Source: Octopus sinensis
Lineage: Eukaryota
Assembly: GCF_006345805.1 (NCBI RefSeq)
Contig: NC_043006.1
Location: forward strand, 33,480,001 to 33,544,000
Direction: 5' to 3'
Length of the DNA: 64,000 bases
In this document: piece after piece, positions 12,077-25,760 of the stretch
How the letters are laid out: the number at the start of each line of letters is the position of its first letter
How positions within the stretch are numbered: the first letter of the stretch is position 1
Position numbers and translations under genes: made by a program
The notes under the pieces: model-generated
Told to the model about the DNA's origin: nothing
Databases searched by the model: none
Seen by the model: the letters and a program-made list of their open reading frames with translations, nothing else

Positions 12077-13152
12077 CCCTTTCGTTACCAAACCGCCCAA
12101 AGCCGCCCGAAATAAATTTTGGTTAATGTGCCCAAACCCGCCCGTATTTACCTATTCATATTTAAATGAGAATATCAGAGCAAATCTCTTTAGTACATTC
12201 GTGAAAACACGTATTATACTTCGTAAACAGTTCAACTACAGTTTTGTACAATAATCGAAGTGTAATTTTAATTCCGTGAATTTTGGGAGATTTTTTTCCA
12301 AAATTTGTTCCTATTGTGTTTTCAAAATTTGTAATTCTGACAAAAAATGGATACGAATTTCATTATATCAAGCAGCGAGTCAGAATTCGAAGGATTTTAT
12401 ACTGAAGACCTTCATAAATCTAACTCTATGACTGAAAAAAAAAGCACGTGGTATTTGATAATGAATCTGATGTTTCATTTTCCGAAAGTGAAAACAGTGA
12501 ATCCGAGAGCTCCGACAGCGATAAAGAAAATGAATTGGCACCTGAATGGAGTGAAAATTTAAAAACTGTTTCTTTCGGTGATTTTTCTGAAGAAACTGGA
12601 CCAAGCCACAGACTTTCCCAGAAGAGTAAAGCCTTAGACTATTTCTTTTTACTTTTTCGAATGAGCCTATTTGAAATCATTACGGCGGAAACGAACTGTT
12701 ACGCTAAATGTAAACAAAGCGAAAGAAAGGATAGTTAGTGGTTTCCCATAACCTTAAATGAAATTAAGACTATGTTGCCATAAATATTATTATGGGTATC
12801 AGAAAGTTACCCAGAATAACAAATTCTATCGTAAAATTTTGTTGTATACCCAATTGAATATTAGCTAATAGCCCATTTTCTATAGCGATGTTTGAACAAA
12901 ATTTTAATAATTTAATATTTTGTTGATTTTACCTGTATCTACCTGCAATTAGAGTCACTTTGTGACAAAAATTATAGTATAGAATTGGTTGAGAACATTT
13001 CATTAAATTATCTTCCAAAATTCACATTAATATATTGATAAATGAAAAAGTTATAGTTGTTTAATGAAACCAGACTAAATTTATGATTATGTTAGAAATT
13101 AATTGAAACACATAAGGGGTGTATTTTGGTCAGAAATATAGTAACGAAAGGG
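12077..13152 (+). mobile_element. Internally deleted piggyBac transposon, 1076 bp
   Basis: TTAA at 12073-12076 and 13153-13156; 12-bp TIR CCCTTTCGTTAC / GTAACGAAAGGG; contains a transposase N-terminal remnant. Confidence 0.92.
12347..12820 (+). pseudogene. piggyBac transposase 5' remnant (frameshifted, truncated)
   Basis: Acidic Ser-rich N-terminus, then ALDYFFLLFRMSLFEIITAETNCYAK, W-PITLNEIK and YVAINIIMGIRKLPRI, typical of the piggyBac transposase N-terminal region. Confidence 0.85.
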
Positions 13153-13583
13153 TTAATAAGCTTTGTAACATAAAAAATACTAAAATTGAAAAGACACTTG
13201 GCCATGTGAGGGACACAACTCATGGTTACAGCATATCTCAACCTACACAATCCCTGAAACTTATATGAAAAGCCATTTGCAAACACCCAGACACATACAT
13301 TACTGCACCCCTGAACATTACAACTTGTCTTACTCACCCTGGACAAGAATAATGGATATGTGTGTGTGTGTGTACACAAAAATAACGACACCAAAAAATT
13401 TAAGTGTCAAAAAACCAAGAAGCCAAAAAATTTAAGTGTCAACATCCATGAATTCATTTGACATGCTAGAAACAGCAGTTATATATCTCTCAAATCATAT
13501 CCTGTTATCTTAAAATAGTATTTTGCTACCATACTGACACAGAGTTAAAAATTAGAGAAAACATCCAACTGGGCTAAGTTTAA

Positions 13584-13790
13584 CGTTTTAGCATTTAACC
13601 TGGCCATATCCAGCCCAAATATTCTACTTGTTTTATGTTCAAATTGGCCAGATCTGGCCTGTGATGTCATTCTAAATTATAAACAGTCACATCATCAAAA
13701 TCTTGGAGCTACAAGATAATGCATGATTAAATCAAAACAATGTGAATAAATAAGCTGAACATCTGACCGATTAATCTGAGTGCTAAAGGG
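13584..13790. mobile_element. TTAA-flanked MITE (piggyBac-like), about 207 bp
   Basis: TTAA-CGTTTTAGCATT at the left end and GTGCTAAAGGG-TTAA at the right end, an imperfect TIR pair. Confidence 0.7.
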
Positions 13791-15765
13791 TTAAGCATCA
13801 AAGGACAGTGTTCAACAATCATTAATAGGTTTCAAGACGAAATTTAGAGATGGAGTGGATTTCATACAGTAAATTACATGTAGAATGTTGTTGTTTAGCC
13901 CCAGGTCAGCACTGATTGAGCAAACTTATTACTGAATGTATTTAAACTGTGATCATCCTGTTAGTATATGTCCCAAACAGTCTATCATGGGTTACATTAT
14001 ACCACAGAGCATTCCAAAATTAGACATCAATATCTAAGTATTATTCAGGCCTAATTAGGTTAGCTGTGAACAAGGCCAAATAATAGCAAAGTAAGTGATC
14101 CCTACTAATTATGAATCCATAAACACTTTCCACCTTGCAAGAATGAAGGAAACTAAGATATAAGAAATTCACAATTGAGCATAACATACGTGCATTCCCA
14201 TCATCAGCTGCCCAAATGGATATCACTATGGTTTTGACACCTGGGCAGTACAATTCAATCCAGCAGTGTCCACAGTGTTAACAATGTATTCTTTCTTTTA
14301 ACTCTCTATATTTAGATTACTCTGTCAAATGTAATGTGTATCTCTTCACATTGTTTTGAACTGGCCATGCATTATCTTGTATCTTTACAGCATATGTTCT
14401 CAGATTTGTTTCTAAGTCTGTAACTGTCTTAAAGGCATGCCATAATCATCATCAATACCATAACTGCTTAATATTTCAATACTAACATGGGTTGGACTGC
14501 TGGCATGAATTGAGTTACAAATCTCAGCTTTAGGACAATTTTTCTTCCTTTTTTTTTGACATCCTGCTGTCTTACAGTGCTGATGAAATTAATATTGTAT
14601 TTTGATATTAAATTTTCAAAATTACATTGTCCAATTTCATTTTTACATTATTTTATTACATATAGGGAATCCAGAATTAATTTACTTCTAAAAGTAAAAT
14701 TATTCTTCCCACAACACCCAGTTATGTCTTATAGTCATATTCCATGTTAAGAATTTCATTTATTGCAGTATTTAGTTCCACACAAGTGTGGGTAACTGCA
14801 CAAAGATGCATTAACAAAGTATATCGAGACAAGTTGGGTGAGCATCTGGGGTTTGAAGGGTGCTGGAAGATGCCATTGCTTCACATGGGTTAATGCACAC
14901 TTAAATCACTAAAGTAGCAGAGAATTCAGAAAAAATGCATGCACACACACTTGAAGTTAATGAGAAAACATCTTAATAGCAGACAAAACAAAATCACAAT
15001 ATAATAGAAAGAGGCTGACACTGTAGCAAGTATAGATGGGATGGACAGATGAAGTATAGGTGAAATTAAAAAGACAAATTGTTCTTTTTTGTTTATAATT
15101 TTACACTCTAAGTAAAAGAAACAAAAGATAGTTTAATTCAATAAAAGTTTGGCTAAGCAAGAATTATATCTGTTAACACAGTATGTTACATTAAATTTTG
15201 GTAATGTATCCTCTTGTGTCAAGACAATATAAGCAGAGATCAAAGATTCTTAAGGTAAGACCAAAGCTATGACAACATGACATAAATGACTGCCTAGCCC
15301 TGATAAAATTGCAATAGGCAGTGCTGCCAACTGATACCTGGGCCAGCAGATGCAACTACAGTAGGGATAGAAACCAGGACAAACTACTTTACTTTGAGCA
15401 GTCAGCTGCTAAATTGCTAGATGCTGCACAATGCTTTTTTTTTTTGTATCTTCACCTTTTTCTTCTCTTTTGTGGGCCTACCATAAGACCACTGATCCCA
15501 GCTTTGTTCTGACATCTGAAGCTACATTACTGAAATTCAATGTACAACATGTGTGTTAAGAGGCAAGAGTCTTCTTCCTTGGCCAAACTTGTCTTAAGTT
15601 AAATGCTTTTCTTAACTTCCATTTCATTTACTTTGAGTGTAAAATTAAAAGCAAAGCAAAAAATTTTTCTTTTAATTTCATGAAATACTTAACACTGCAT
15701 GCTTGCTGTACTGAGAATCTGCCTCCGTTATCTAATTATGATTTTATGTTGTTAATTATTTCTTA

Positions 15766-15906
15766 AGGCGCAGCCATGGTTGTGTATTTAAGATGCTTGC
15801 TTTGTGATCATGTGGGTTTTGGGTAAGTGTCTTCTACTATAGTCCCAGGCTGAACAATGCCTTGTAAGGGAATTTGGTAGATAGAAACTATGTGTGTGTG
15901 TGCATA

Positions 15907-15958
<52 letters not shown>

Positions 15959-16095
15959 CTTGTCCACTCCTTCCACCACCTGACAATTGGTGTTTTGTTT
16001 ACGTCCTTGTAGCTTAGCAGTTTGGCAAAAGAGACTGATAGAATAAGTACCAAGCCTTAAAAAATAAGTGCTGAGGGCAATTTGATTGACTAAAA
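15766..16095 (+). mobile_element. tRNA-headed SINE, family A, with internal (TA)n/(TG)n
   Basis: AGGCGCAGCCATGG head; GGTAAGTGTCTTCTACTATAG and GATAGAATAAGTACC blocks. Confidence 0.85.
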
Positions 16096-17535
16096 CAAGA
16101 GTGTGTGTGTGTGCTTCTCTGCTTCTTCTGATGTGTGCCCAAACCAATGCAAGCTAAGGCTTTGCACCAACATCACCCAAACAAACCTCAAACCCAATCC
16201 ATTACAGGATATTGTTGCAACATTCTATTCTTGAATTAAAATTCTTCTGGTTCAACTTTCGTGTTTATCTTTCCAAGATAATGAAATAAGTACCAGTATT
16301 ATACGCTGGAATTAAGTAATTAAAAACATTGTCTCTGTAAGGAATTAATAAAGATTGTAACGAAATGACATGTTAATGAGAATGATAAGCAGACTGGAAG
16401 GTGGAATTTGTGTTAGAAATATCCCATGCACTAATAAAGGTTAAGATGACATGATCCAAAGGTTAAGGTAATTCACCCATAATTCGATTAATTTGATAGA
16501 ATTTAGCCCTCATATAAAGCTACAGTTATCTCGATGAAGAGAAAAGCTACATTACTTATCAGGCGCTAAAATTAATATAATAGTAACATAACTGTCTTAT
16601 ATGAATGAAGCTTCTGGCTAATTTTCTTCTTGACAATTAGGCTAATTTGGAAATATTTAACTCTTTTGATACCATCTCTAGTTCCATCTTACACAATTTC
16701 TTGTTCTAAAATATTCAAATTTAGATTAAAACATTCCATATAAATTTTACAGTATGAATTTTTCATGTTCTATGCACTGAGTAAATAATGAAAAGATTTG
16801 ACTAAATATTACTAAATTCTTACATGAATAGTGTGTAAGATTTTGAGTAAAATACCTTTTTTTTAAAATAAAGGTTAAACTACAAAATAAATAAAACCAC
16901 CTCATAATAAAAATAAATCCAAGTAATTTTTTGTGATAAATTTATAATCTGTTAGATAAGAAATCTTGAAAATATGAGGAAGAACAGATCAGAAAATATA
17001 AAAAAAGTTATTAAATACAGATGGACTAGTAGCATGAGGATATAAATATGATTGAAACAAAGTTTCTGAAAGGCAATATTCTATTAGAATGAATAGAAAA
17101 GTGCATCAGGAAATATTTTTTCTCTTCCTTTCACAGTATTTGCAATAAATTGGTCTAAGAAAAAAATAAGTTTTTTTTTCTGATCATTTTTTTTAGATAA
17201 AGATTATCTCTAATATATAATATAAAATAAATATCCAAGATTAATATAATAGAAAGATGAAATAGAAGTTTGCTTGCTAGTTAGCCAGTCGGTAATTTAC
17301 TTAGCTATTCCTCCCCTTACTACTCTGTAGTGTGTTATAGCCAGCCAGAAAATGATAAGGTTCTGTTTATCAAGGCAAAAGATATGCTGCTGCAGACAGC
17401 CTAACTTTATGATCAAAACCCACCTTTATGTTACTTGGGTGAGAACATCTTGTATTGCAACTTACCAAATCTATGAATAGCTTAGCACTATTTTGACAAT
17501 GGAGGTAAGTAACCTAGAATGTGTGTGGTGTGAGA

Positions 17536-17583
<48 letters not shown>

Positions 17584-20500
17584 GTTTATGTTCAAAGCAA
17601 TGAATTAAGAAAGCCCCATGTATACAAGAATCTTGTACTTTAAAGAAAATTTACTTCAGACTGTTAGAAAAATACATAGCTACAGTCGAACAGAATGATT
17701 TAGAAAAATTACTTTTCTAACAGAAGTGATAAAATAGAATAACCAAGTCATCCAGAGAAAGTAAATATTTCAAATTTAATGTGTCGATGTTATTTATTTT
17801 TTGCCTTTTTTATATGTTAGATTAAGAATGTTCCTATAAAATATTTTAAGACAGTGAAGTTAACATCCTAAGATTCTCAAGTTTTGACAACATTTTCATG
17901 CAACACACACACACAGAGGTTATAATTAAATAAGAGATTTACAATGAAACAGAGATTTGTAAAGTAACTACAATCCCAAAATCTCAAACACTAAAATTTT
18001 ATTGGGTGTAAGTTTATAATTACAATTTGAATAAGTTACAACCTGATTGACTGAAATCTGTTACAATCTATAATTAATATCAATAGGACTAAGGGATTAA
18101 CACAGAAGGTGGTTAACTAGACTAGCTACTTTGCTGTAGCCAGTATAGTGTATCACATTTCTAAGTTCAAACTCTGCCAAGGTAATAATACATTGAGATT
18201 GTAGAAGAGAGAGAGAAATAAGAAAATAAAGAGAAACACTGAAGGCATTATATGTTATATAAGTTTGAAATGTACAAAATAATTCAGTCCTGGTGTATTT
18301 TCAATAGTGTTTGAATGAAATGTCAATAGTTTAAATCTTTTAACAATGAGAACAGTTTTAAGTTGATAAGGAAAAATATGCAGTTGTTGGAATTTAAAAG
18401 AATCTCAGCTCGACTATCCTTTTATGAAACGTAAATAAGTGGATAGGAAATGTGAGAAGAGAAAAAGATTGATAAAGTAGCAACAGCAAACGCTTATGAT
18501 AATCTGAATGGTCAATAACCGAAAGGTCCCATAAAGCACATCAATAAATATCAGTCTAAAAGCATTCAATTATGATGCAGAATATTACATCACTATACGA
18601 AAAAGAAAGAAAGGAAAATAAAATAAATAGAGGAATACCATAATTTACCACCCACAAACACTGGAGACTTTTCTGAAATATTAATTATTGTTACATTTAT
18701 AATTTTAAAATATTGATCCCAATCTGTTACGCTGCAATTTCTAAACAGTATTGCCATTAACCTAACCAATATTATTACAAACATGAAACCAAGAATTATT
18801 CACTATCTTAACTAAAATAATAATTTTACAGGACAACAAAGTTGCCAACATATCTAACATGTAAACATCAATATTGTACGGATGTTTTGTTAAAGCAAGC
18901 AACATACAGCGCAGCTGTAGTATTCCACTGTTGTTAACAGACGAGGATAGAAAGAAAAACTAATGCAGAATAAGACGTAGAAACTAACATAGCAATCACT
19001 AAGAAGAGAAGTAATATTCTATGCTGGCAATCGACTGGTCACCTGCTTGTGGCATATGACAGATAAGGTGAGTGGGAGGAAAGAAGAGAAAAAAAAATGA
19101 GTGAGAGATGAGAGAGCACTAAGAGAAAGATGATGAAACTAGTCAATGAAAGTTAAGATAGAAAAAGCATATTAACTAATAATAAATAAATATTACAGAA
19201 CTAAAGAGGAACTCCTGTTATTAGCCTACCTTGTTCATAATCCACTACACTAGGTGGATGGTCTTCTTCAGTAGCCTTTTCGGTAATAAATTTGAGGATA
19301 CCCTTACATATTATTACCAGCACTGCCATGATTTCTTACTGCAGATAACTGGAAGAGTCCAACTGAGAGAGCAAGAAGGGGAAGCATAGCAAGAGCAAAT
19401 ACAGGCTTGAGCTATTGTCCTTAACTGTATAGAAAAATGTAGTTAAAAGATTTAGAGGGGGATGGTTAGAATGTTACTTTCTGAAGAATGATAAGCACCA
19501 TGCACAGAAGAATATGAGAACCGAGTTAAATAACTAGAAACAATAATATGAAGTTGAAAAACAAAATCATAATACATGACCACACTAATAACTGTAATGA
19601 TTAAGATAGCAATAAAATGTGATATGAAAAACTCATATTATGATGAAAGAATTACCACATATGCATCTTTACTGATAAATATATCCTTGAAGTGCCTCAA
19701 TATTAAAAAAAATTAAGACTCATACTTTGCAAAAAAAACCCAATATATTTAAATGTTTATAAATTTAATTAAACCTGACATTATCAAGATTTGAAACGCT
19801 CTTATGAAGACTAAATGAATGCTGAAATTATTATTAATTTCAAGTAACAGCCTAGATCAATCAACTGCCCCCAAATGAAAACCCTGTTAAGTGACAAGCT
19901 CTCAACTGCAAAACAAATCAGGAATGATATAAAAATAAAACAACAAAAAACTATAATACCACCTTTTCATTAAAAAAAAGAATGGCATGATTTTGGACTT
20001 CACCTGCAACTACTGTAATAAATAGGTTATTTAAAAAAAAGAGCCCTTAATGGTATAAATATGGGCCTTGGACAGCCTGCCCAGCTGTAAGTTTCTTTCC
20101 TATGCATGTTTACTTTTAAGGTATACCAAAAGTAAAAACCTTTCATAAATATATATATATATATATATATATGGGTTAAACAACTCTTCTAGTTATAGTA
20201 TTCCCACATTAATTGTACTAGTGCAGAACAATAATAAGTCAAACGAACAGGGAAAACTATGTGGTAATCTGAAACAGCAGCCAATAATTTTCATACTGCA
20301 CCTTGGCATTAAAAAAATGGAAATACACAATATAGATTTAGAGACATCATATCAAAAGGAGAGGTGTGGGGAACACAACAACTCAGAATAGTCACAACTG
20401 GAATGTTGGCCTGGGTCAAAAATAATAAGAACATTATCAGGATAGAATATTTTTCATAAACAAAATGTAGATAAGGTAAAGGGAAGTAACAACGGTGTTA

Positions 20501-20899
20501 AATGATAAATGTAACTATGATAATGAACATGATAGCATCAGTTTATATATATTCCAGAGAATACCATGCACAGATTAAATGCAGTAAAATTGATAGTAAA
20601 TGCTTGGGAAAAAAAACCCACAAGTGACAGTATCTTAGGTGACCTGTTTCAGTGAATTTCCTAACTGATACTTGCCAGTGAACAAATATATGTATTTCTA
20701 ACAGATGCTAGACCTCAACTTATATATGAAAGTGAGTATAGTTGATTAAATCAAGTGCAGTATTTATTTTATCAACCCAGAGTAAAGAATATCTTAGCAA
20801 GATCTGAACTCAATGTAAAGAGATGCAGACATGACTGTGCAGTTAAGATATACTCAATCACGTGCAAACCACATGTCCTATTTCTTTCCAAGAGATAAA

Positions 20900-21500
20900 T
20901 CTCATCTCTTAACTACCGTTCATCTGCTTTTCAGGCTACAATTCACTCTGAAAAGTGGTGCCCACACACATATAGATCCCTCATGCCCCTAATCCTCTAC
21001 ATACATCTGCTTCCTCTACTTGCCTTCCAAACCAACAACAGTTCTTCAACCATATCTCTTCCTGTGTTGGGATATATTCTTCAAACCTTTAGTGATTCCA
21101 ATGTTCACAACTCTTCTGGGCTTTTACTTTCATTACATGCAAATGCTGGTAGTGGTTTGAACAAATCTTTCACAATCCTCTACTTTTGACATCAATTTGT
21201 TTCATCTCACACATGCATCTCTGACCACAGCTGAAATACTAAATTCTCACTGTCTTTCCACTTATCAAGGTTCTCTACTAACCACTATCCTATCACAACT
21301 GCCTACAACACAGCTATATACTCTGAAACCTCACATTTCATGTTAGCAGACTTGTCAGACCCCCTGCCTGTTCTATGCTAACTACCCCTGGCAGTACATG
21401 TACTGCATACCTGACCAGCAGACTAAAACCAAAGTCTTAGATATGTTCCTTTACATCCCACAAACAACCAAAACCCCAGAGCCATATCCCCCAAGTGATT
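20900..21500 (+). mobile_element. Possible decayed LINE endonuclease remnant
   Basis: Translation ILQTFSDSNVHNSSG..HANAG resembles the GDFNVHH..W motif of CR1/Jockey APE domains; many stops. Confidence 0.3.
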
Positions 21501-21854
21501 CACTTACAAGTGTACTGTAGTTTTTTCAAAGAACACAGTTTAAAATGTCTGGATGAAATAATCTGCCTCTGCAAACAAGACAACTTTTACTCAGCACTCC
21601 TGGTCACTGGGATTGACACTAAAGGAGAATATTGTTGAAAAGGTGAATAAAGAGATGTATTTACAAGCTCTTTAGTAAAACTCATATCTTCAATGTCATC
21701 AAGTGCAAAAAGCATCAGAAACAGAGAACACTTATTTCAATGTGTGGGTTACATTGTTGTAATCCAAGATACATCTGGTAATTCCACTTGTAAATCTGAT
21801 ATTTACAAACTCTATCTTAGTAGCAAATAATGATTGCTGTTACAGGTCTTATGA

Positions 21855-21863
21855 ACACACACA

Positions 21864-21895
<32 letters not shown>

Positions 21896-21903
21896 TACAC
21901 ACA

Positions 21904-21935
<32 letters not shown>
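21855..21935. repeat. (CA)n microsatellite
   Basis: Direct reading; a few TA interruptions. Confidence 0.95.
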
Positions 21936-21936
<1 letters not shown>

Positions 21937-22388
21937 TGAGCCTTGCTCTTCTTTTATCTGCATTATCACCATCAATACCTAATTAGCTTGATTTAGGAAG
22001 ACAAGAACAAATGTTGCAAGTCAGGTTCCTACTTACTTTTAATAAAAATGTATTGGAAAGAGATTTTCTTTGACTATTTAATGAAGAGAATAATTTTTTT
22101 TCTATTCACATACTGCCTTTTGCTAATATTTCCACAGTGAAATGAAAATGAATTTTAAGAGCATTGGGAATATAAATGTAAAGAAGGAAATGAGTAGAAT
22201 AAAAATTGAATCAAAATCTTATAAGAAAGTTTATTTTATTCTCTCTGTTTATTTCCTCATGTTCCTTTCTGTTGAAGAGTGTAGGCTTGAAACATAAAAC
22301 ACTTTCTCACCTTCTTGAGCATCAAACTAATACACCTTCTTGTTCTTTATACACCTGTCTTTGTCTTGTTTTTATGTAAATTTCAACT

Positions 22389-22400
<12 letters not shown>

Positions 22401-22466
<66 letters not shown>
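22401..22466. repeat. (AT)n microsatellite
   Basis: Direct reading. Confidence 0.95.
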
Positions 22467-22469
<3 letters not shown>

Positions 22470-22529
22470 CTAAACTCTAAAAATTGTTTTGGGTCAATCT
22501 AAAACAATAGTAAATCCAATCTTAATATC

Positions 22530-22770
22530 ATCACACCCTTCATTTAACATTCACTTTTCCATGCTTGCATGGGTTACGAAGAATTTGTTTAGGCAGATTT
22601 TCTATAGCTGGATGCCCTTCCTATAGCCAACACTCACCTGTTTCCAACCAAAGCAATATTTCCCAATGGCCAGACACATTTTTCACAGAATACTGGAAAT
22701 GAATGACATAGCTTGTATGTCAGTGACATTCAATTAAAACTATCACATGACATCAAGACAAGGGTGCATA
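22530..22770 (-). mobile_element. RTE-tail short element (subfamily also at about 11705-11910)
   Basis: TTTAACATTCACTTTTCCATGCTTGCATGGG...GGATGCCCTT...CACCTGTTTCCA is shared by both copies. Confidence 0.7.
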
Positions 22771-23190
22771 AGCATACATATACACACCTTTCAGTTTCTA
22801 CCAAATCCATTCACAAGGCTTTGGTTAGCCTGAGGCTTTAGAAGACTTGTCCACCCATGAATCGGAATCAAGCTTCTTAACCACATAGCCATGCCTGTGC
22901 CAATAGATATATTAATATTTATATGTATATAAAATAGTGAAATTCCAATCTTTATATATTTTTATCAAAATGTCTTTATTATCTCATTTGGACACTACTC
23001 CCTCAAAACCCACAGCTCACTCTCTGCACCTTTGATTTACTGCAAGCATCTGCTGTTACTTCCTGTCTCCATCTTTAAACCTAGCTTAACATCTGTCATT
23101 TCCACCACATAATCTAACTTACGGTCTTGACAAAACTGTTCACATATAGCAAAGAAAGCAAAACAAAGTACTTTCACATTTCATTACTTA

Positions 23191-23954
23191 TGTAGTCTGA
23201 TCAATAAGTATCCAAACTGTTGCTATAGTAATGAAGCTAAAGCATGGAGAGTGAAGCCGCTTGGCACAGATTAACCTCGAACTCTGCTGTACATGTGCAC
23301 TAAGTTTTAACATTCTAGCTCATTTCTGCTGTTTATAGCAGTGCTTGGAAGGAAGGTGTGTACTGTGTGATTGTCGCATTGATCATAACAGAGAAAACTG
23401 TCATAGCGATACCTGCTCAGAGGCCTACGCAAAGTTACAGAAAGTGTATGAGCTGCACACAAGTGTACGAGTGGTTCAGATGTTTCCAAGATGGCTGAGA
23501 AAATGTCGATAATGATGAATGTTCTGGAAGACCTGCAACCAGCAGAACTGGGAAAAGCATCGCAGAAGTGCCTGCAGCTGTGAGGGGAAATCGTTGAATC
23601 ACCATACGTGAATTATCAGAGGATGTGCAGATCAGTTACGGTTCAGTTCAGTCCATTGTCACTGGAGATTTGGGTACAAAACATGTCTGCCAAGAATGAT
23701 GAAGGTCTCTGAGCAGGTATCGCCAAGCTTTTGGCAAAATTTGATGCAGATTCTCTGCTCAATGTGACGATCACACGCTACACACCTTCCTTCCAAGCAC
23801 TGCTGTAAACAGTGGAAGTGAACTAGAACATTAAAACTTAGTGCGCATGTACATAGAGCAGAGTTCAAGGTCAATCTGTGCCAAGCAGCTTCACTCTCTG
23901 TGCTTTAGCTTTGTTACTATAGCAACAGTCCGGATACTTATTGATCAGACCATG
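23191..23954. mobile_element. Non-autonomous mariner derivative with about 230-250-bp inverted arms
   Basis: TA at 23189-23190 and 23955-23956; ends GTCTGATCAATAAGTATCC / GGATACTTATTGATCAGAC. Transposase N-terminal remnants QRICIKFCQKLGDTCSET (minus) and YEWFRCFQDG..SGRPATS..ITIRELSEDVQISYGSVQSI (plus). Confidence 0.88.
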
Positions 23955-24879
23955 TATTCATTACAAGCTTTTTATGTTTTGAATGTTTTTTAATGAATTG
24001 TTTTTTTTTCATCCCCTTTTCAAATTGCACCACTGAATATATTTTGATTCTTCTTATAAATAAGTCGAGCCTTTATGAGGCAAGTAATGCAATATTGTTA
24101 TGTCTGCATGATGTTGGTTACATATTTGATAGTTTAACTGTATTAAAAAAGTTTCAGTGCACAGTTGCTCAACCTGCTAGAAACAGCAGTCAATTTTTCT
24201 GCAAATCACACTCAACAATATTTCATTTTTGTATTTGGTTTGTAAGATTCATGGTATAAATTTATGTGTTAAAACAGATTTTGTTGAGTCTAGGGAGAGT
24301 CATTATGCCACAGTCGATTAATTAGTTGATTAGATATTTAACCAACTGACTAATAATAAAGAAATGAAATTGGATCCCAATTGAATTAGTTTTATAATTT
24401 GCGTAATGATTCTCCCAAGACACAACACTTAACAATCTGTAATTATAAAAGGACAAACTGGACAATATAGTCTGATATATGTACAAAAACAAGATGATAT
24501 ATCGTATAAGCCAGGGGAAAATCGTCTAAAGGGTAGCATTCCTACCAGATTTCTTCAAAAATTATCATATTAAAAATAAATAAATAGAAGAGTAGAAATA
24601 ATTAAAGTATTTCTTTTTTTTTTTAAAGTAATATAATTTAATTACTTACCACAATCACCTAAATCCATTCGTTCAAAATCTTCACTGAATCTCTATAATT
24701 AAAAAAAAAAAAAAAAAATCAATGTTAAAAGCTATTTTACAAAATTTATTATACTATCATCAATAATCTCAAATTTGGGAAGAAAATGAAATTCCTAAGC
24801 AGCTGTGAAAAAATATACAATGCAAAAAAGAGGTTGGGGCACACACCAATATTTCAATATCATAGACACAAAATATTGT

Positions 24880-25085
24880 CATAAATAACTAAGAGAACAA
24901 TTTGTTGGATGGTTTGACAGGAACTGGCAAGGCCAGGGGCCACACCAGGTCCCATTGTTTTGTCATGGTTTCTACAGACTGATACCCTTCCTAATGCTAA
25001 CCCCTTTACAGTGTGTACTGGGTGCTTTTTATGTGGCACCAACACTGACAGGGTCACCAAGTACCTTGCAAGACAAAACCCCCTC
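24880..25085 (-). mobile_element. RTE-tail short element
   Basis: TTGGATGGTTTGACAGGAACTGGC...CCCTTCCTAATGCTAACC...GTGCTTTTTATGTGGCACC. Confidence 0.75.
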
Positions 25086-25479
25086 AACTGGGAAGGGGGA
25101 GTAGTATTGAACGGGTGCTTCTTTGTGCCAGTTGAGAGATTTGAGATAGAGAAGTGACAGATATGTCTTGCTGTAGAGTAGACACATGGACACCTCTGTT
25201 GGAAAACAAAGGAGGGTGAATTAGAGAAGCAAATAGAATGATAGCGAGATAGATGATGATGAAAATGTGCTGGGACATGCCCTCAGGGGACACTGGGAGA
25301 AGTGAGAATAGAAGAGGTGATACAAAGGATTGGGCTGGATGAGTGAACAGGACAAGGTGGTTATAGTAAATGATGGAGGGAAATGTAAGAGAAGTTTGTG
25401 GATTAAATATCTACCAAAAATATAATTGGCATTTTATGCAAGTCACATTGCCTCAATAAACTTGACATCACAACAGAAA

Positions 25480-25760
25480 ATAGTTTCAAGTGCCACTGGA
25501 CTGGCTCCTGTGCATGTGGCACGTAAAAAACACCATTTGAGCCTGGTCATTGCCAGTACTGCCTCACTGGCCCTCGTGCCAGTGGCATGTAAAAGCACCC
25601 ACTACAATCTTGGAGTGGTTGGCATTAGGAAGGGCATCCAGCTATAGAAACTCTGCCAGATCAGATTGGAGCCTGGTGCAGCCATCTCGTTTGCCAGTCC
25701 TCAGTCCAATCGTCCAACCCATGCTAGCATGGAAAGCAGACCTTAAATGATGATGATGAT
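25480..25760 (+). mobile_element. RTE-tail short element
   Basis: GTGGCATGTAAAAGCACCC...GGCATCCAGCTATAGAAAC...CCAACCCATGCTAGCATGGAAAGCAGACCTTAAATGATGATGAT. Confidence 0.8.

Noticed and set aside
19230-19329. Minus-strand frame MAVLVIICKGILKFITEKATEEDHPPSVVDYEQ with donor AAG|GTAGGC
   Set aside because: The strong upstream acceptor gives stops in all frames, no phase-compatible partner exon was found, and the peptide is not recognisable.
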